From IMG/VR virus record IMGVR_UViG_3300046777_001715, positions 32,001 through 96,000 of that record: 64,000 bases of DNA; one strand, given 5' to 3'. The first letter of the stretch is position 1; each line of letters starts with the position of its first letter. The translations under genes were made by a program, and so were the position numbers. This document shows positions 1-8,750 of this stretch, piece after piece. The DNA is from a virus. The notes under the pieces were generated by a model, which was not told the DNA's origin, ran no database searches, and saw only the letters and a program-made list of their open reading frames with translations.

Positions 1-276
1 GGAAATACAATTACAAACCCTACAAACTCAGTTACAGGTGGTGACCAGGTGTTTGCGTTCTATACCGAAAACTCTGGTGGAGATAACCTTTCTGTAACAT
101 CGTTTGATCTTTCAAAGGTACGAGATCTTGGAACATCTATTCTTTCTGGAAATGGTAGCACAACCGCTCCAGGATTCCCAAATGGTCCAGATATTCTTAC
201 AATCGTAGCAACAAACCTTGGTGCTACAACAGGTAACATTTCTTGCCGCTTGTCATGGACAGAGGCTCAGGCTTAA
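1..276 (+). CDS. C-terminal part of a virion structural protein (begins before the window)
   Basis: Frame is open from base 1. It ends ...PDILTIVATNL...RLSWTEAQA, and the SD of the next gene follows. Confidence 0.6.
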   Translation, partial: GNTITNPTNSVTGGDQVFAFYTENSGGDNLSVTSFDLSKVRDLGTSILSGNGSTTAPGFPNGPDILTIVATNLGATTGNISCRLSWTEAQA

Positions 277-290
277 AAAGGAGGGCATAA

Positions 291-962
291 ATGCCTAATT
301 ACTCTACATTATCTGATCAGATTAATGTATTTAAAGACAAGGTAGACGCCTTGTATGCAACTGGCACCCTAGATGCAAACTCGCTCCTACTTTTAGCAGA
401 AGCTCTTGAGACACTATCCACAGCACTTGGTGTAAACGATGTTGTTGGAGCTACAGCAGAAGCAATAGCTCAATTAAATACAGCAAGAGATGCAGCTATT
501 ACAGTTGTAAACGGTACAGCAAACGGTACAGCTGTTACAACTCTTCAGTCTGCATACGACACACTAAATGCTGCTTACAATAATCTGACTCCAAGAGTAA
601 CTTCTCTTGAGTCTTCTATTAATTCGCAGCAATCAGCAATTGCCACAGCCTCAGCGCTTGCAGCTCTTGGTGGATGGAATGCTTGGATTTTGCACACAAG
701 TGGAACAAGACAATTAGCAGTAAATGATAGAGTTCTTGTTATACCAGCAGCAAACATGACTCTTACTCTTCCACTTACTCCGTCTATTGGAAATGAAGTT
801 AGAATTGTTGATGCAGCTGGAACTTCTGGAACAACAAACTTTACTATTGCAAGAAACGGAGAAAGAATTATGGGAACTGCTGAAAATATGACAGTTAACA
901 CTAATTCTGCTAGACTTCATTTAGTTTATGTTGATTCAACAAGAGGGTGGAGGTTAGTATAA
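291..962 (+). CDS. Fibre/adhesin-associated structural protein; N-terminal helical domain plus C-terminal beta domain
   Basis: SD AAGGAG. The C-terminus TLTLPLTPSIGNEVRIVD...LVYVDSTRGWRLV is typical of phage fibre/baseplate proteins. The N-terminus is paralogous to 6757..7089. Confidence 0.6.
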   Translation: MPNYSTLSDQINVFKDKVDALYATGTLDANSLLLLAEALETLSTALGVNDVVGATAEAIAQLNTARDAAITVVNGTANGTAVTTLQSAYDTLNAAYNNLTPRVTSLESSINSQQSAIATASALAALGGWNAWILHTSGTRQLAVNDRVLVIPAANMTLTLPLTPSIGNEVRIVDAAGTSGTTNFTIARNGERIMGTAENMTVNTNSARLHLVYVDSTRGWRLV

Positions 963-1354
963 TGGCACTTTATAGCGATGTTGTTAACGAGACAATGAAT
1001 TTTACAAATATTACAACAACTGGAGCAACTATATCTGGTTATAAAACTGGTAGAACTGATCTAGGAACAGTAAATGGTACTGTTGCTTTAAACCTAGCAT
1101 TGTCAAATGATTTTACAGCAACACTTAATGGAAATACAACTTTTAATATTACAAACACACCATCAACTGGAGTTGTTGGATTTTCTTTGCAGTTAGTGGG
1201 TGGAGGATCTTATACAGTATCCTTTACAAATGCTAAATACCCAGCAGCTACTGCACCAGCCTTAACTTCAGGCGGAATCGATGTAATAACATTTGTTACT
1301 TATGACAACGGTGCAAACTGGCGTGGAACTCTAGCAATGAAGGACTCAAGATAA
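962..1354 (+). CDS. Fibre-associated small beta protein
   Basis: TAATG coupling at 960-964. Paralogous to 8750..9187 (GN.T....N.PS.G ... GGSY ... AP.L ... F.T.D.G). Confidence 0.6.
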   Translation: MALYSDVVNETMNFTNITTTGATISGYKTGRTDLGTVNGTVALNLALSNDFTATLNGNTTFNITNTPSTGVVGFSLQLVGGGSYTVSFTNAKYPAATAPALTSGGIDVITFVTYDNGANWRGTLAMKDSR

Positions 1355-1854
1355 TGTACGCACAAGTTATAGAAGAAGAAATCGTTCAAATTGTTGATGA
1401 GCAGTCTTTAAGAGAGCTTTATCCATCAACACATTTCCCATCACCAATTCTACAGGCACATCTAGAGGGCTTTGACAATTGGTATGTTGTGCAAGATGAT
1501 TTGTCTATCCCAGAGTATGATGCAAAAAATAAAAGAATTGAATTTACTCGTGAATGGAATGCGGGAGCAGTAGTAGGATCATATAAGGTATTAAATTTAA
1601 CAAAAGCAGAAAAAGACGCTCTAGTAGAGTCTAGATGGAATGAAGTAAAGTACCACAGAAATAACACAATTAATGCAACAGACTATTTGGTTCTTCCAGA
1701 TGTTTTTGCTTCATTCTCAGAATCAGATAAGGCAAAGATTGTTTCTTATCGTCAAGCACTAAGAGACCTTACAAATCAAGAAGACCCATTTAATATCTCA
1801 TGGCCGTCTCTTGGAATTGATTCTATTACAGTAAAATATAATGTGGAGATTTAA
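1354..1854 (+). CDS. Tail fibre assembly chaperone-like protein
   Basis: C-terminal W..V...RN......D......D ... YRQALRDLT..EDPFNISWP signature. Confidence 0.75.
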   Translation: MYAQVIEEEIVQIVDEQSLRELYPSTHFPSPILQAHLEGFDNWYVVQDDLSIPEYDAKNKRIEFTREWNAGAVVGSYKVLNLTKAEKDALVESRWNEVKYHRNNTINATDYLVLPDVFASFSESDKAKIVSYRQALRDLTNQEDPFNISWPSLGIDSITVKYNVEI

Positions 1855-2772
1855 ATGCCATTTCCACAAACTAGATATATGCGAGGCGGAGCAGGCCCAG
1901 TATCTTTTCTTTTAAGACAAGTCATTACAAAAGGATACGTTCTTGCTGGATATAGAAATAGCTCTCCTTGGACAAGCGTTAACGAAGTAACACATTCAAC
2001 TGATACAACTATAGATTTAGGAAGTCCTTTAAATAACTCTACTGCATATCCAGGTGGAATGTCAGACGACACATTTGCTTATGTTCTTAAAGCCAATAAT
2101 ACAGTCGGAGGATCAAGTTCACAAACTAATCGGTACAATATGAGAACAAATGTTTCAAATGTTGGACCGTCAGCTCCATATAACGTTGCAAATGCTGGAA
2201 CAATAATGCATCAAGAGCAATCATTTGCATACGGAAAACCAGCAGATGGATCAGCAGCAATTATGAAATTTAATTTTACAACACAGCAATGGATGAGCTC
2301 TATTGGTTCAGCCGCTGGTCCAAACTCAGACACAATGTCTGCTGTTTATCACGAGACAAAAGGTTTTCACTATGGAAACAACTCAGCGTTAAAATTTGTT
2401 TTTGCAACAGAATCTCAGTCTAGCTCTTCAGTATCTGGTGTTCATGGTCAGCAAAAAGGAATTTCTTCTAAGTTGACATATCTTTACGCTGGCAATGAAG
2501 GAGACTACGCTGGAGGCAACAACCTAAGAAGATGGAGCGTTGCTACAGAGACAAACGTAGGAAATGTTGGAAAGCCAATTACAAATTGTGGCGAAGAAGA
2601 TTTTGACATGGGGCAAGATCGTCAATTCATGCTTGGAAACTATAACGGAGAGCAAAATAATAGATCTTGGAGATTTAATTATGCTACAGACTCTGGTTTT
2701 GAAGGCAGCAGCACAATGCAGTCTAAGGGAGTTCCAGGCAGAAGCTCTGCCTACTCAGCACAACGTTCTTAA
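1855..2772 (+). CDS. Putative beta-propeller receptor-binding/virion protein
   Basis: Ser/Gly/Asn-rich, with repeated K/R-F-x-F/Y-A/T-T-E/D/Q blade ends (KFNFTTQ, KFVFATE, RWSVATE, RFNYATD). Confidence 0.5.
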   Translation: MPFPQTRYMRGGAGPVSFLLRQVITKGYVLAGYRNSSPWTSVNEVTHSTDTTIDLGSPLNNSTAYPGGMSDDTFAYVLKANNTVGGSSSQTNRYNMRTNVSNVGPSAPYNVANAGTIMHQEQSFAYGKPADGSAAIMKFNFTTQQWMSSIGSAAGPNSDTMSAVYHETKGFHYGNNSALKFVFATESQSSSSVSGVHGQQKGISSKLTYLYAGNEGDYAGGNNLRRWSVATETNVGNVGKPITNCGEEDFDMGQDRQFMLGNYNGEQNNRSWRFNYATDSGFEGSSTMQSKGVPGRSSAYSAQRS

Positions 2773-2787
2773 TAGATAGGAAATAAA

Positions 2788-3519
2788 ATGAGATATATAA
2801 ACGATTTAACGTCGGATGTTTCTGGCTATACAAAATCACAAAAAGACATTCTTCTTTACGCTACAAATAGACACTGGGGAGTTCCAGTATTTAAAATAGA
2901 TAACTTTGTCGGCGGGGCACAGTTCACACCATTTGGAAAGTTAAGACAGCTTCTGCTAGAGCTTGGTTCAAGAGAAAATATGATCTCAGATCAGGAGCTT
3001 AAAATAGAAAGAACAAAGCTAGAAATTGAATTAGAAAAAGAAAGAATTCAGCTTTCAAGCTCTCCTGTAGAAATAAAAATTCACGAACTTAATATTAAGG
3101 AAAAAGAAAGACTTCTATTAACTCAAAAAAATTCTGTTAGCTTGATATACGAAGAAAGAGATAAGTATATGATGTTAATAGATAAGTTTAATAATTCAGA
3201 AGAAGGCAAGCTTCCAGATGGCAGACTTATTATGGATATTATTGGAAACCATGAGGAAGAAGAAAGGCTAGAGGCAGAACTTTGGGGCATTAGACTTGGT
3301 GCACAAGCGGCATACGATTTAATGTTTTACGGAAGAGTTAATGGCGGAAACATGGAGGCAATTGATCAACTTCCAAAAGAAGTAAGAGAGATAGCTTTGG
3401 AGCATGCTGTATTTAAAGCAATTGAAACAAATAAGCAGCTAGACTCCCTACAGATAGAGGTTAAGAAAAGGCTGGAGCTTGCAGATTCAGAAACAAACTT
3501 GTGGGAAGAGCTTGAGTGA
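2788..3519 (+). CDS. Hypothetical coiled-coil protein (U32 cassette)
   Basis: 243-aa ORF with SD and a Glu/Lys/Leu heptad region. Confidence 0.6.
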   Translation: MRYINDLTSDVSGYTKSQKDILLYATNRHWGVPVFKIDNFVGGAQFTPFGKLRQLLLELGSRENMISDQELKIERTKLEIELEKERIQLSSSPVEIKIHELNIKEKERLLLTQKNSVSLIYEERDKYMMLIDKFNNSEEGKLPDGRLIMDIIGNHEEEERLEAELWGIRLGAQAAYDLMFYGRVNGGNMEAIDQLPKEVREIALEHAVFKAIETNKQLDSLQIEVKKRLELADSETNLWEELE

Positions 3520-4064
3520 TTTATTTTTTATTTGATGTAGAGGACAACGCCTCTTATATAGAGGAGGTTGGATCATGGGGCAATGTAATGGTTGGAGCGG
3601 TAGATGAAAGTCTACTTTTGTATATAAACCTTCCATCTATTACAGTCGTGCCAAAAGATGTGGCGTATGCCTGGAAATTTGCTGGCAAATACAAAGGCTC
3701 TATTAGCGTAAGAGAGAATACAGTCCCTTATAATCAAATAGACAAATCATTGCTTGAGCCATACAAAGATAAGTTTAAGTATACCTTGTCTGATTTAGAT
3801 AAAGAAAATAGTTGCCTCTTTCATAAAGCCATAATGCATTTTCTTTTAAATAAATATTATGCCAATAAAATTTTAATTTCAAACTCTACACCCGTTGAGC
3901 TAAGGAATGACAAGTGGGAGTCTGAGGTAGAGCTAATAATTAAGAAAAATAAAATAATTGCAGAGATAGAGTCTTGTCAAGATTGGCAAGAAACTGGTAT
4001 ACTAATATCTGATAGATTTGGAGTTGGGCATAATCCTGACGCCGTAGCCAAAATAGATTTGTAG
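3516..4064 (+). CDS. Hypothetical protein (U32 cassette)
   Basis: GTGA overlap with the upstream gene; 182 aa. Confidence 0.6.
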   Translation: MIYFLFDVEDNASYIEEVGSWGNVMVGAVDESLLLYINLPSITVVPKDVAYAWKFAGKYKGSISVRENTVPYNQIDKSLLEPYKDKFKYTLSDLDKENSCLFHKAIMHFLLNKYYANKILISNSTPVELRNDKWESEVELIIKKNKIIAEIESCQDWQETGILISDRFGVGHNPDAVAKIDL

Positions 4065-4068
4065 GAAA

Positions 4069-5733
4069 ATGTTTAGTGTACCATTAAACCCAAAGTTAAA
4101 TGAAAAGCAAACAATTGAGTTTATCCAGTTCCTAAAGGAATATAGTAAATACATTTATGATTTTTATTTTACTTGCAGAATCCCCCCATTTACACAAGAT
4201 GCCATGGGCGACATTTTTGAGGGCAAAGAAGAAGACTATTCTTATTTAATTAATCTAGCTCTCCACATTCAGGCTGAGACTGGAATTACAGCATCAGCAG
4301 TATTTAACAATACAGAGGTAAGGCCATCACAACAAAACCTAGATTTGTTTATTGAAAGTTTTGCACCACTCTATGATTTAGGAATTAGATCTGCAACAAT
4401 ACCACATACTCATTGGATGGCTACTGGACAGATAAAAAAAGCTTTTCCAGAATTGTTTGTTAAAAACACAATCCTTAGAAATGTTTCAGAACCTAGAGAC
4501 ATAGAGAAGCTGGCTAAGGCTGGCTTTGATTATATAAATTTAGACCGTGATCTAATGAGGGACCACGAAAAGCTAAAAAGATTTAAGAAAGCCAAGCAAC
4601 AATTTGGGGTAAAGCTATCTTTGTTGGCAAATGAAGGCTGCTATGGCGGCTGTATAATGATGGACGAACACTATCAGTTTAACAATACCCGTACAGATGG
4701 GCCTCAATATTTTAATGATCCTATAAGCAGAGTGTCCTGCCCAAAATGGGATCATGAAGATTTTGCGGTATCATTAAAAACAGCCAATTTCCCACCATGG
4801 CGTGAAGACTGGCAAGAGTTTTTAGACGACCTTGGAATTGATGTTATTAAGATGCATGGGCGGGAATCCCATACAAGGCTAAAAGAAACCATGGATATAA
4901 TCAGGAGGTATGCCAACAATGAAGAAATTCTATTTGACAGCTTTAATGATTTTATTGAAGAAACTAATATGGTTGACAAACCGATTACCATCTGGCGTAA
5001 TAAGATCAAAAATTGTAAATTTGATTGCTGGGATTGTGGCTATTGTGACAAAATAATGGCTGCCAAATATGGCAACCACATAAATCCAAAAGTTGCTATG
5101 GTGGCAAAAGAATTAGTTGATTCTGTAAATAGCCCAATTGAAATTAATATTCCAGGTCTTACTTCTACTAGGGTTCAATCCCTTATAAATGGTTTAGCAA
5201 AGAACTCTTCTAGGTACCTTGAGATTGGGTCTTATCAGGGTGCTACAGCGTCTGCCGCTTTAATGGGTAATAGATTGGATGCGTACTTTGTAGACATGTG
5301 GCAGGAAGCTCCACAGGCCGTTAGAGAAGGGTGGGAAACTCCTACAACAAATACCTTGCAAGAATTTAAAAACAATATAGCTCCATACAAGGGTAACAAT
5401 AAGGTATTTATATCTAACTCAGATATGTTTAAAGTTAATTTATCAAAGATCTCAGATATTGATTTATTCTTTTATGATGGCCCACATGATTTTGAATCAA
5501 CAAAAGATGCGGTTAGATATTACTCTACAACCTTTGCAGATCAATCTATTTTAATATTTGATGATGCAAATTGGACGGAAGTGGTTCAGGGTGCACACAA
5601 AGGCATAATTGAATCTGGGCTAAAAATATTGTATAGTAAGAAGATACTGAATTCCTTAGAGTCGGAAAAAGACTGGTGGAACGGTATTTATATAGTTGTA
5701 GTAGAAAAGGAAAATAATGGAAATCACAACTAG
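4069..5733 (+). CDS. Peptidase U32-family (Fe-S hydroxylase-like) domain fused to a class I SAM methyltransferase (Methyltransf_24-like)
   Basis: U32-like motifs INLDRDLMRD, LLANEGCYGGC, SC, IKMHGRE and CKFDCWDCGYC. Methyltransferase motifs YLEIGSYQG, VDMW, DLFFYDGPHDF and IFDDANW. Confidence 0.75.
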   Translation: MFSVPLNPKLNEKQTIEFIQFLKEYSKYIYDFYFTCRIPPFTQDAMGDIFEGKEEDYSYLINLALHIQAETGITASAVFNNTEVRPSQQNLDLFIESFAPLYDLGIRSATIPHTHWMATGQIKKAFPELFVKNTILRNVSEPRDIEKLAKAGFDYINLDRDLMRDHEKLKRFKKAKQQFGVKLSLLANEGCYGGCIMMDEHYQFNNTRTDGPQYFNDPISRVSCPKWDHEDFAVSLKTANFPPWREDWQEFLDDLGIDVIKMHGRESHTRLKETMDIIRRYANNEEILFDSFNDFIEETNMVDKPITIWRNKIKNCKFDCWDCGYCDKIMAAKYGNHINPKVAMVAKELVDSVNSPIEINIPGLTSTRVQSLINGLAKNSSRYLEIGSYQGATASAALMGNRLDAYFVDMWQEAPQAVREGWETPTTNTLQEFKNNIAPYKGNNKVFISNSDMFKVNLSKISDIDLFFYDGPHDFESTKDAVRYYSTTFADQSILIFDDANWTEVVQGAHKGIIESGLKILYSKKILNSLESEKDWWNGIYIVVVEKENNGNHN

Positions 5734-6634
5734 TTTGATTACAGATAATCAACAGTACTTGTTGCTTTTGGCAACGGTTATGGGGTTGTCTTTTTGGGCA
5801 AAAAAGACTCAGGTATTTTTGCCAGTTTATAAGTTCATTGCTGATAGAGTAAAGTCAAAAAGAGCAGTCGTTGCACTAATCTCTTTGATCTCAGGAGTTC
5901 TTCCAGTTAATGGTAGAGCATCAATTTCTGCAGGAGCCCTAGATACAGTTGCTCCAAACAATGAAAAAAGAAAAGTTTTTGGAATTATTGATTACCTTTC
6001 AACGCACCACTATTATTTCTGGTCTCCACTAGAGGCTACAGTTTTGGTTCCAATGGCGGCATTAAGCATTTCTTATGCAGAATTTATGGGACGCATTTGG
6101 CCATTGTTAGTAACAGCCCTAATTATAATTTTGTATTATATCTTTAAGGTTGTAAAAGAAGACGAAGTTGAGATTAACATTAACAAGTCGCTAACCCCAA
6201 CAACATGGAAAGAAGATAGAAAGCAGATTAGGTCATATGCAACCACCCTTCTTTTTGTTGGTTTGGTGATTATTCTTAGCAACATCGTAAAGGCAAATTT
6301 TGATCAAATTAATGCATGGGTAAATTCAGCACATGATGAAGGTCTTTTGGTTCTAGTAGCTTTGGCTGGATTCCTTGCCAGCTTTGCTTTGGGAAGTAGC
6401 GGAAAGTTTGCTGGCTTTACTTCTCTGTCTGCAACGGTTTATGGGGTAGAGTACCTACCTCTGTTCTTTGCAATAGACTATGCTGGCTACATGTTGGCCC
6501 CAACTCACAAATGCCTAATTATTACAAAGTCCTATTTTGATACCCCAATCAAGAAGCACTACAAAGCAGTCTTCGCCCTAGTGGTGCCGATTGTCCTTGT
6601 GGGAATTTTGACCTATTTAACAATAGACAGCTAG
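5717..6634 (+). CDS. Multi-pass membrane protein, DUF401 / ion-transporter-superfamily-like
   Basis: About 8-9 hydrophobic segments. HHYYFWSPL and GYMLAPTHKCLIITKSYF resemble the DUF401 C-terminal SPxHxCL motif. Confidence 0.55.
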   Translation: MEITTSLITDNQQYLLLLATVMGLSFWAKKTQVFLPVYKFIADRVKSKRAVVALISLISGVLPVNGRASISAGALDTVAPNNEKRKVFGIIDYLSTHHYYFWSPLEATVLVPMAALSISYAEFMGRIWPLLVTALIIILYYIFKVVKEDEVEININKSLTPTTWKEDRKQIRSYATTLLFVGLVIILSNIVKANFDQINAWVNSAHDEGLLVLVALAGFLASFALGSSGKFAGFTSLSATVYGVEYLPLFFAIDYAGYMLAPTHKCLIITKSYFDTPIKKHYKAVFALVVPIVLVGILTYLTIDS

Positions 6635-6646
6635 TAATTCTAGTCA

Positions 6647-6681
6647 ATACCCCAGTGGCTTCAAGAAGGTCACTGGGGTAT
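6647..6681 (+). terminator. Strong stem-loop closing the U32 cassette
   Basis: ATACCCCAGTGGC...GTCACTGGGGTAT inverted repeat 12 nt after the stop codon. Confidence 0.65.
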
Positions 6682-6730
6682 AATTAAGAGTGTTATAGGC
6701 AGGGCGGAATCCTAAACAATAAAACGATTA

Positions 6731-6739
6731 TGCTATAAT
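6731..6739 (+). promoter_or_regulatory. Extended -10 promoter TGCTATAAT
   Basis: Exact TGnTATAAT upstream of SD AGGAG and ATG 6757. Confidence 0.7.
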
Positions 6740-6756
6740 TTATACAGGAGAAAAAT

Positions 6757-7089
6757 ATGCCTAGTTATGACAGTTTATCAAGCCAGATCACTACTTTTAA
6801 AGCTAAAGTAGATGCTCTAAGCAGCAGCACCCTTACTGCACAAGAGATTGTATTCCTTGCAAAAGCACTAGAATCAATGGGTAATCTATTAGGGGTAAAT
6901 GATATCGTTGCTGCAACTTCAGCTAGCATCAATTCAATTCAAACATCAGGATCTGGACAGGTAACAACAGTTCAGACAGCTGGTGCAACTCAAATTGCTG
7001 CTGTTAACACAGCAGGAACACAAAACATTGCTAACTTGGAAGGCCAAATTAGCAATTATACTTTATACACAAACATGGGAGTGATTTAA
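6757..7089 (+). CDS. Fibre-associated protein, paralog of the 291..962 N-terminus
   Basis: MPSYDSLSSQITTFKAKVDAL versus MPNYSTLSDQINVFKDKVDAL; LGVND shared. Confidence 0.65.
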   Translation: MPSYDSLSSQITTFKAKVDALSSSTLTAQEIVFLAKALESMGNLLGVNDIVAATSASINSIQTSGSGQVTTVQTAGATQIAAVNTAGTQNIANLEGQISNYTLYTNMGVI

Positions 7090-7090
7090 T

Positions 7091-7408
7091 ATGGCAGTAG
7101 TAAGCTTACCAGCTCGTTTCGCAGCAGGAACAGCAACAACATCAGAAGTCACAGTACTAACAGTTCCTGGTGGAGAGACAGATATCGTTACTTCAGTAAC
7201 ATTTGACAACATCACAGATGTTGCAAATCAGGTTACATTGAAGATGGCAGGCGTAAACTTTGCCAAGAACCTTGATCTCGCACCAAGATCTCTAGTTGTA
7301 CTAGATTTCAAGCAAGTTTTAAACACAGCAGAGACAATTACAGTACAGGCATCAGTTAATAACGGTGTCACATACTTTATCTCTGGTGTAAAAGTCACAA
7401 GTATTTAA
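7091..7408 (+). CDS. Small virion beta protein, paralog of 11324..11680
   Basis: Shared D..QV and ISGV C-terminal motifs. Confidence 0.6.
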   Translation: MAVVSLPARFAAGTATTSEVTVLTVPGGETDIVTSVTFDNITDVANQVTLKMAGVNFAKNLDLAPRSLVVLDFKQVLNTAETITVQASVNNGVTYFISGVKVTSI

Positions 7409-7425
7409 TTAAAGGAGTTTAACAA

Positions 7426-8394
7426 ATGGCTGTAGCAAATTCAACTACACAAATCATAATGCCAGGTTTAGATGCGGCAATTCAGACAAATCTAAACACA
7501 GCGCTTAATAGCAATACTACACTTCAGAGCGTTTTGGCTTCTGTAGGAAATATTCCACTAAAGGTAGTTAAGCCAGTTACAGTTAAGTTGAACACAACAC
7601 AGTACTGGGTAAGACCAGCTGACACACTTTCTTCAGTAGAAGTTATTCTTGTTGGCGGCGGTGGCGGAGGCGGTCAAGGCCACTCATCAAGTCACGCAGG
7701 TGGCGGAGGTGGCGGAGGCCAAGTAGTTAGAAGAAATGTTGATATTGCATCAGTTGCTACAGGGCAAGGAATTCTTGTAACTATTGGTGCTGGTGGAGAT
7801 GCTCGCTCAGGAAGCGGAAATACTAATGGCGGAAATGGTGGACAATCAACTTTCGGTACATTGCTAACTGCAGGCGGTGGTGGTGGCGGTGGAGCTTATG
7901 GACAACACTCACCACAATCAGTTGGTTCAACTGGTGGCGGAGGTTCACGTAGTGCTCACTCAGGAGCAGGCGGTGGCGGTGGCGCAGGTGGCGCAGGTGG
8001 ACATGCATTCTGCTCACACAATCATTACAACTGGTATATTCGTGCAGGACACTCTTCACACTCTCCAACTGGAGATGAAGGTGCATCAGCTGGTGGACAA
8101 GGGCAGTCAGCAGACAGCTCTTCCGATCAAGGTTGCTGCGGTGGCGATGGAGGTCCAGGACTTTACGGCTTCGGCGGAGGCGGAGGTGGCGCAGGCTATC
8201 ATGGCCCAGGAAATGGAGCTAACGGTGGAGGAAATGGCGGTAACGCTACAAACTATGGCGGAATTGGATGTAACGGAGCTCAGGGAATTGACGGCACAGG
8301 CGGTGGCGGTGGTGGAGCAGACAATGGCTGTACATCAGGACGTGGTGGAAATGGAACATGCGTTATTACATATTGGCTAAAGGAGACAGCATAA
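7426..8394 (+). CDS. Glycine-rich adhesin-like protein (copy 1)
   Basis: W.RP ... VEVILVGGGGGGG ... VTIGAGG ... STFG ... GGNGTCVITY, a polyglycine domain common in phage fibre tips. Confidence 0.7.
   Translation: MAVANSTTQIIMPGLDAAIQTNLNTALNSNTTLQSVLASVGNIPLKVVKPVTVKLNTTQYWVRPADTLSSVEVILVGGGGGGGQGHSSSHAGGGGGGGQVVRRNVDIASVATGQGILVTIGAGGDARSGSGNTNGGNGGQSTFGTLLTAGGGGGGGAYGQHSPQSVGSTGGGGSRSAHSGAGGGGGAGGAGGHAFCSHNHYNWYIRAGHSSHSPTGDEGASAGGQGQSADSSSDQGCCGGDGGPGLYGFGGGGGGAGYHGPGNGANGGGNGGNATNYGGIGCNGAQGIDGTGGGGGGADNGCTSGRGGNGTCVITYWLKETA
7864..7904 (+). repeat. 41-bp exact direct repeat, copy 1 (copy 2 at 9639..9679)
   Basis: CTAACTGCAGGCGGTGGTGGTGGCGGTGGAGCTTATGGACA occurs in both Gly-rich genes. 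Confidence 0.85.
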
Positions 8395-8750
8395 TGACAC
8401 AAAGAAGAGTTGCACTTGTAAAAGATTCTATTGTTGAAAATATCCTCATTATTGATGAGGAAAATATGGAATCATTAAAGGCAGACATCGAATCACAATT
8501 TGGTGGGGAGTTAATTGACTCAACAGATTGGGTAGATGAAGATACTGAAACTCCAACACTACAGGTAGGTATAGGATTTTCTTATGTTGGTGGAAAATTT
8601 GTAAAGCCAGAGCCAACACCAAACACAATTACAGCAGAAGATATTGAAAGATCATTGGCAAAGTTTGCAGCAGACGTTGCAAGGGGAGAGAATCCAGATC
8701 TAAACTCATTGCCAGAAGGGGCAACAGGCCCACAGGAGGAAAATAACTAA
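8394..8750 (+). CDS. Small acidic fibre-associated protein
   Basis: TAATG coupling and SD AAGGAG. ALVKDSIVENIL ... VGIGFSYVGGKFVKP is typical of partners of Gly-rich fibre genes. Confidence 0.6.
   Translation: MTQRRVALVKDSIVENILIIDEENMESLKADIESQFGGELIDSTDWVDEDTETPTLQVGIGFSYVGGKFVKPEPTPNTITAEDIERSLAKFAADVARGENPDLNSLPEGATGPQEENN

Noticed and set aside
7877-8380. Alternative-frame ORFs within the Gly-rich genes (also 9412, 9788, 9829)
   Set aside because: By-products of GGN repeats, which lack stop codons in the shifted frames.
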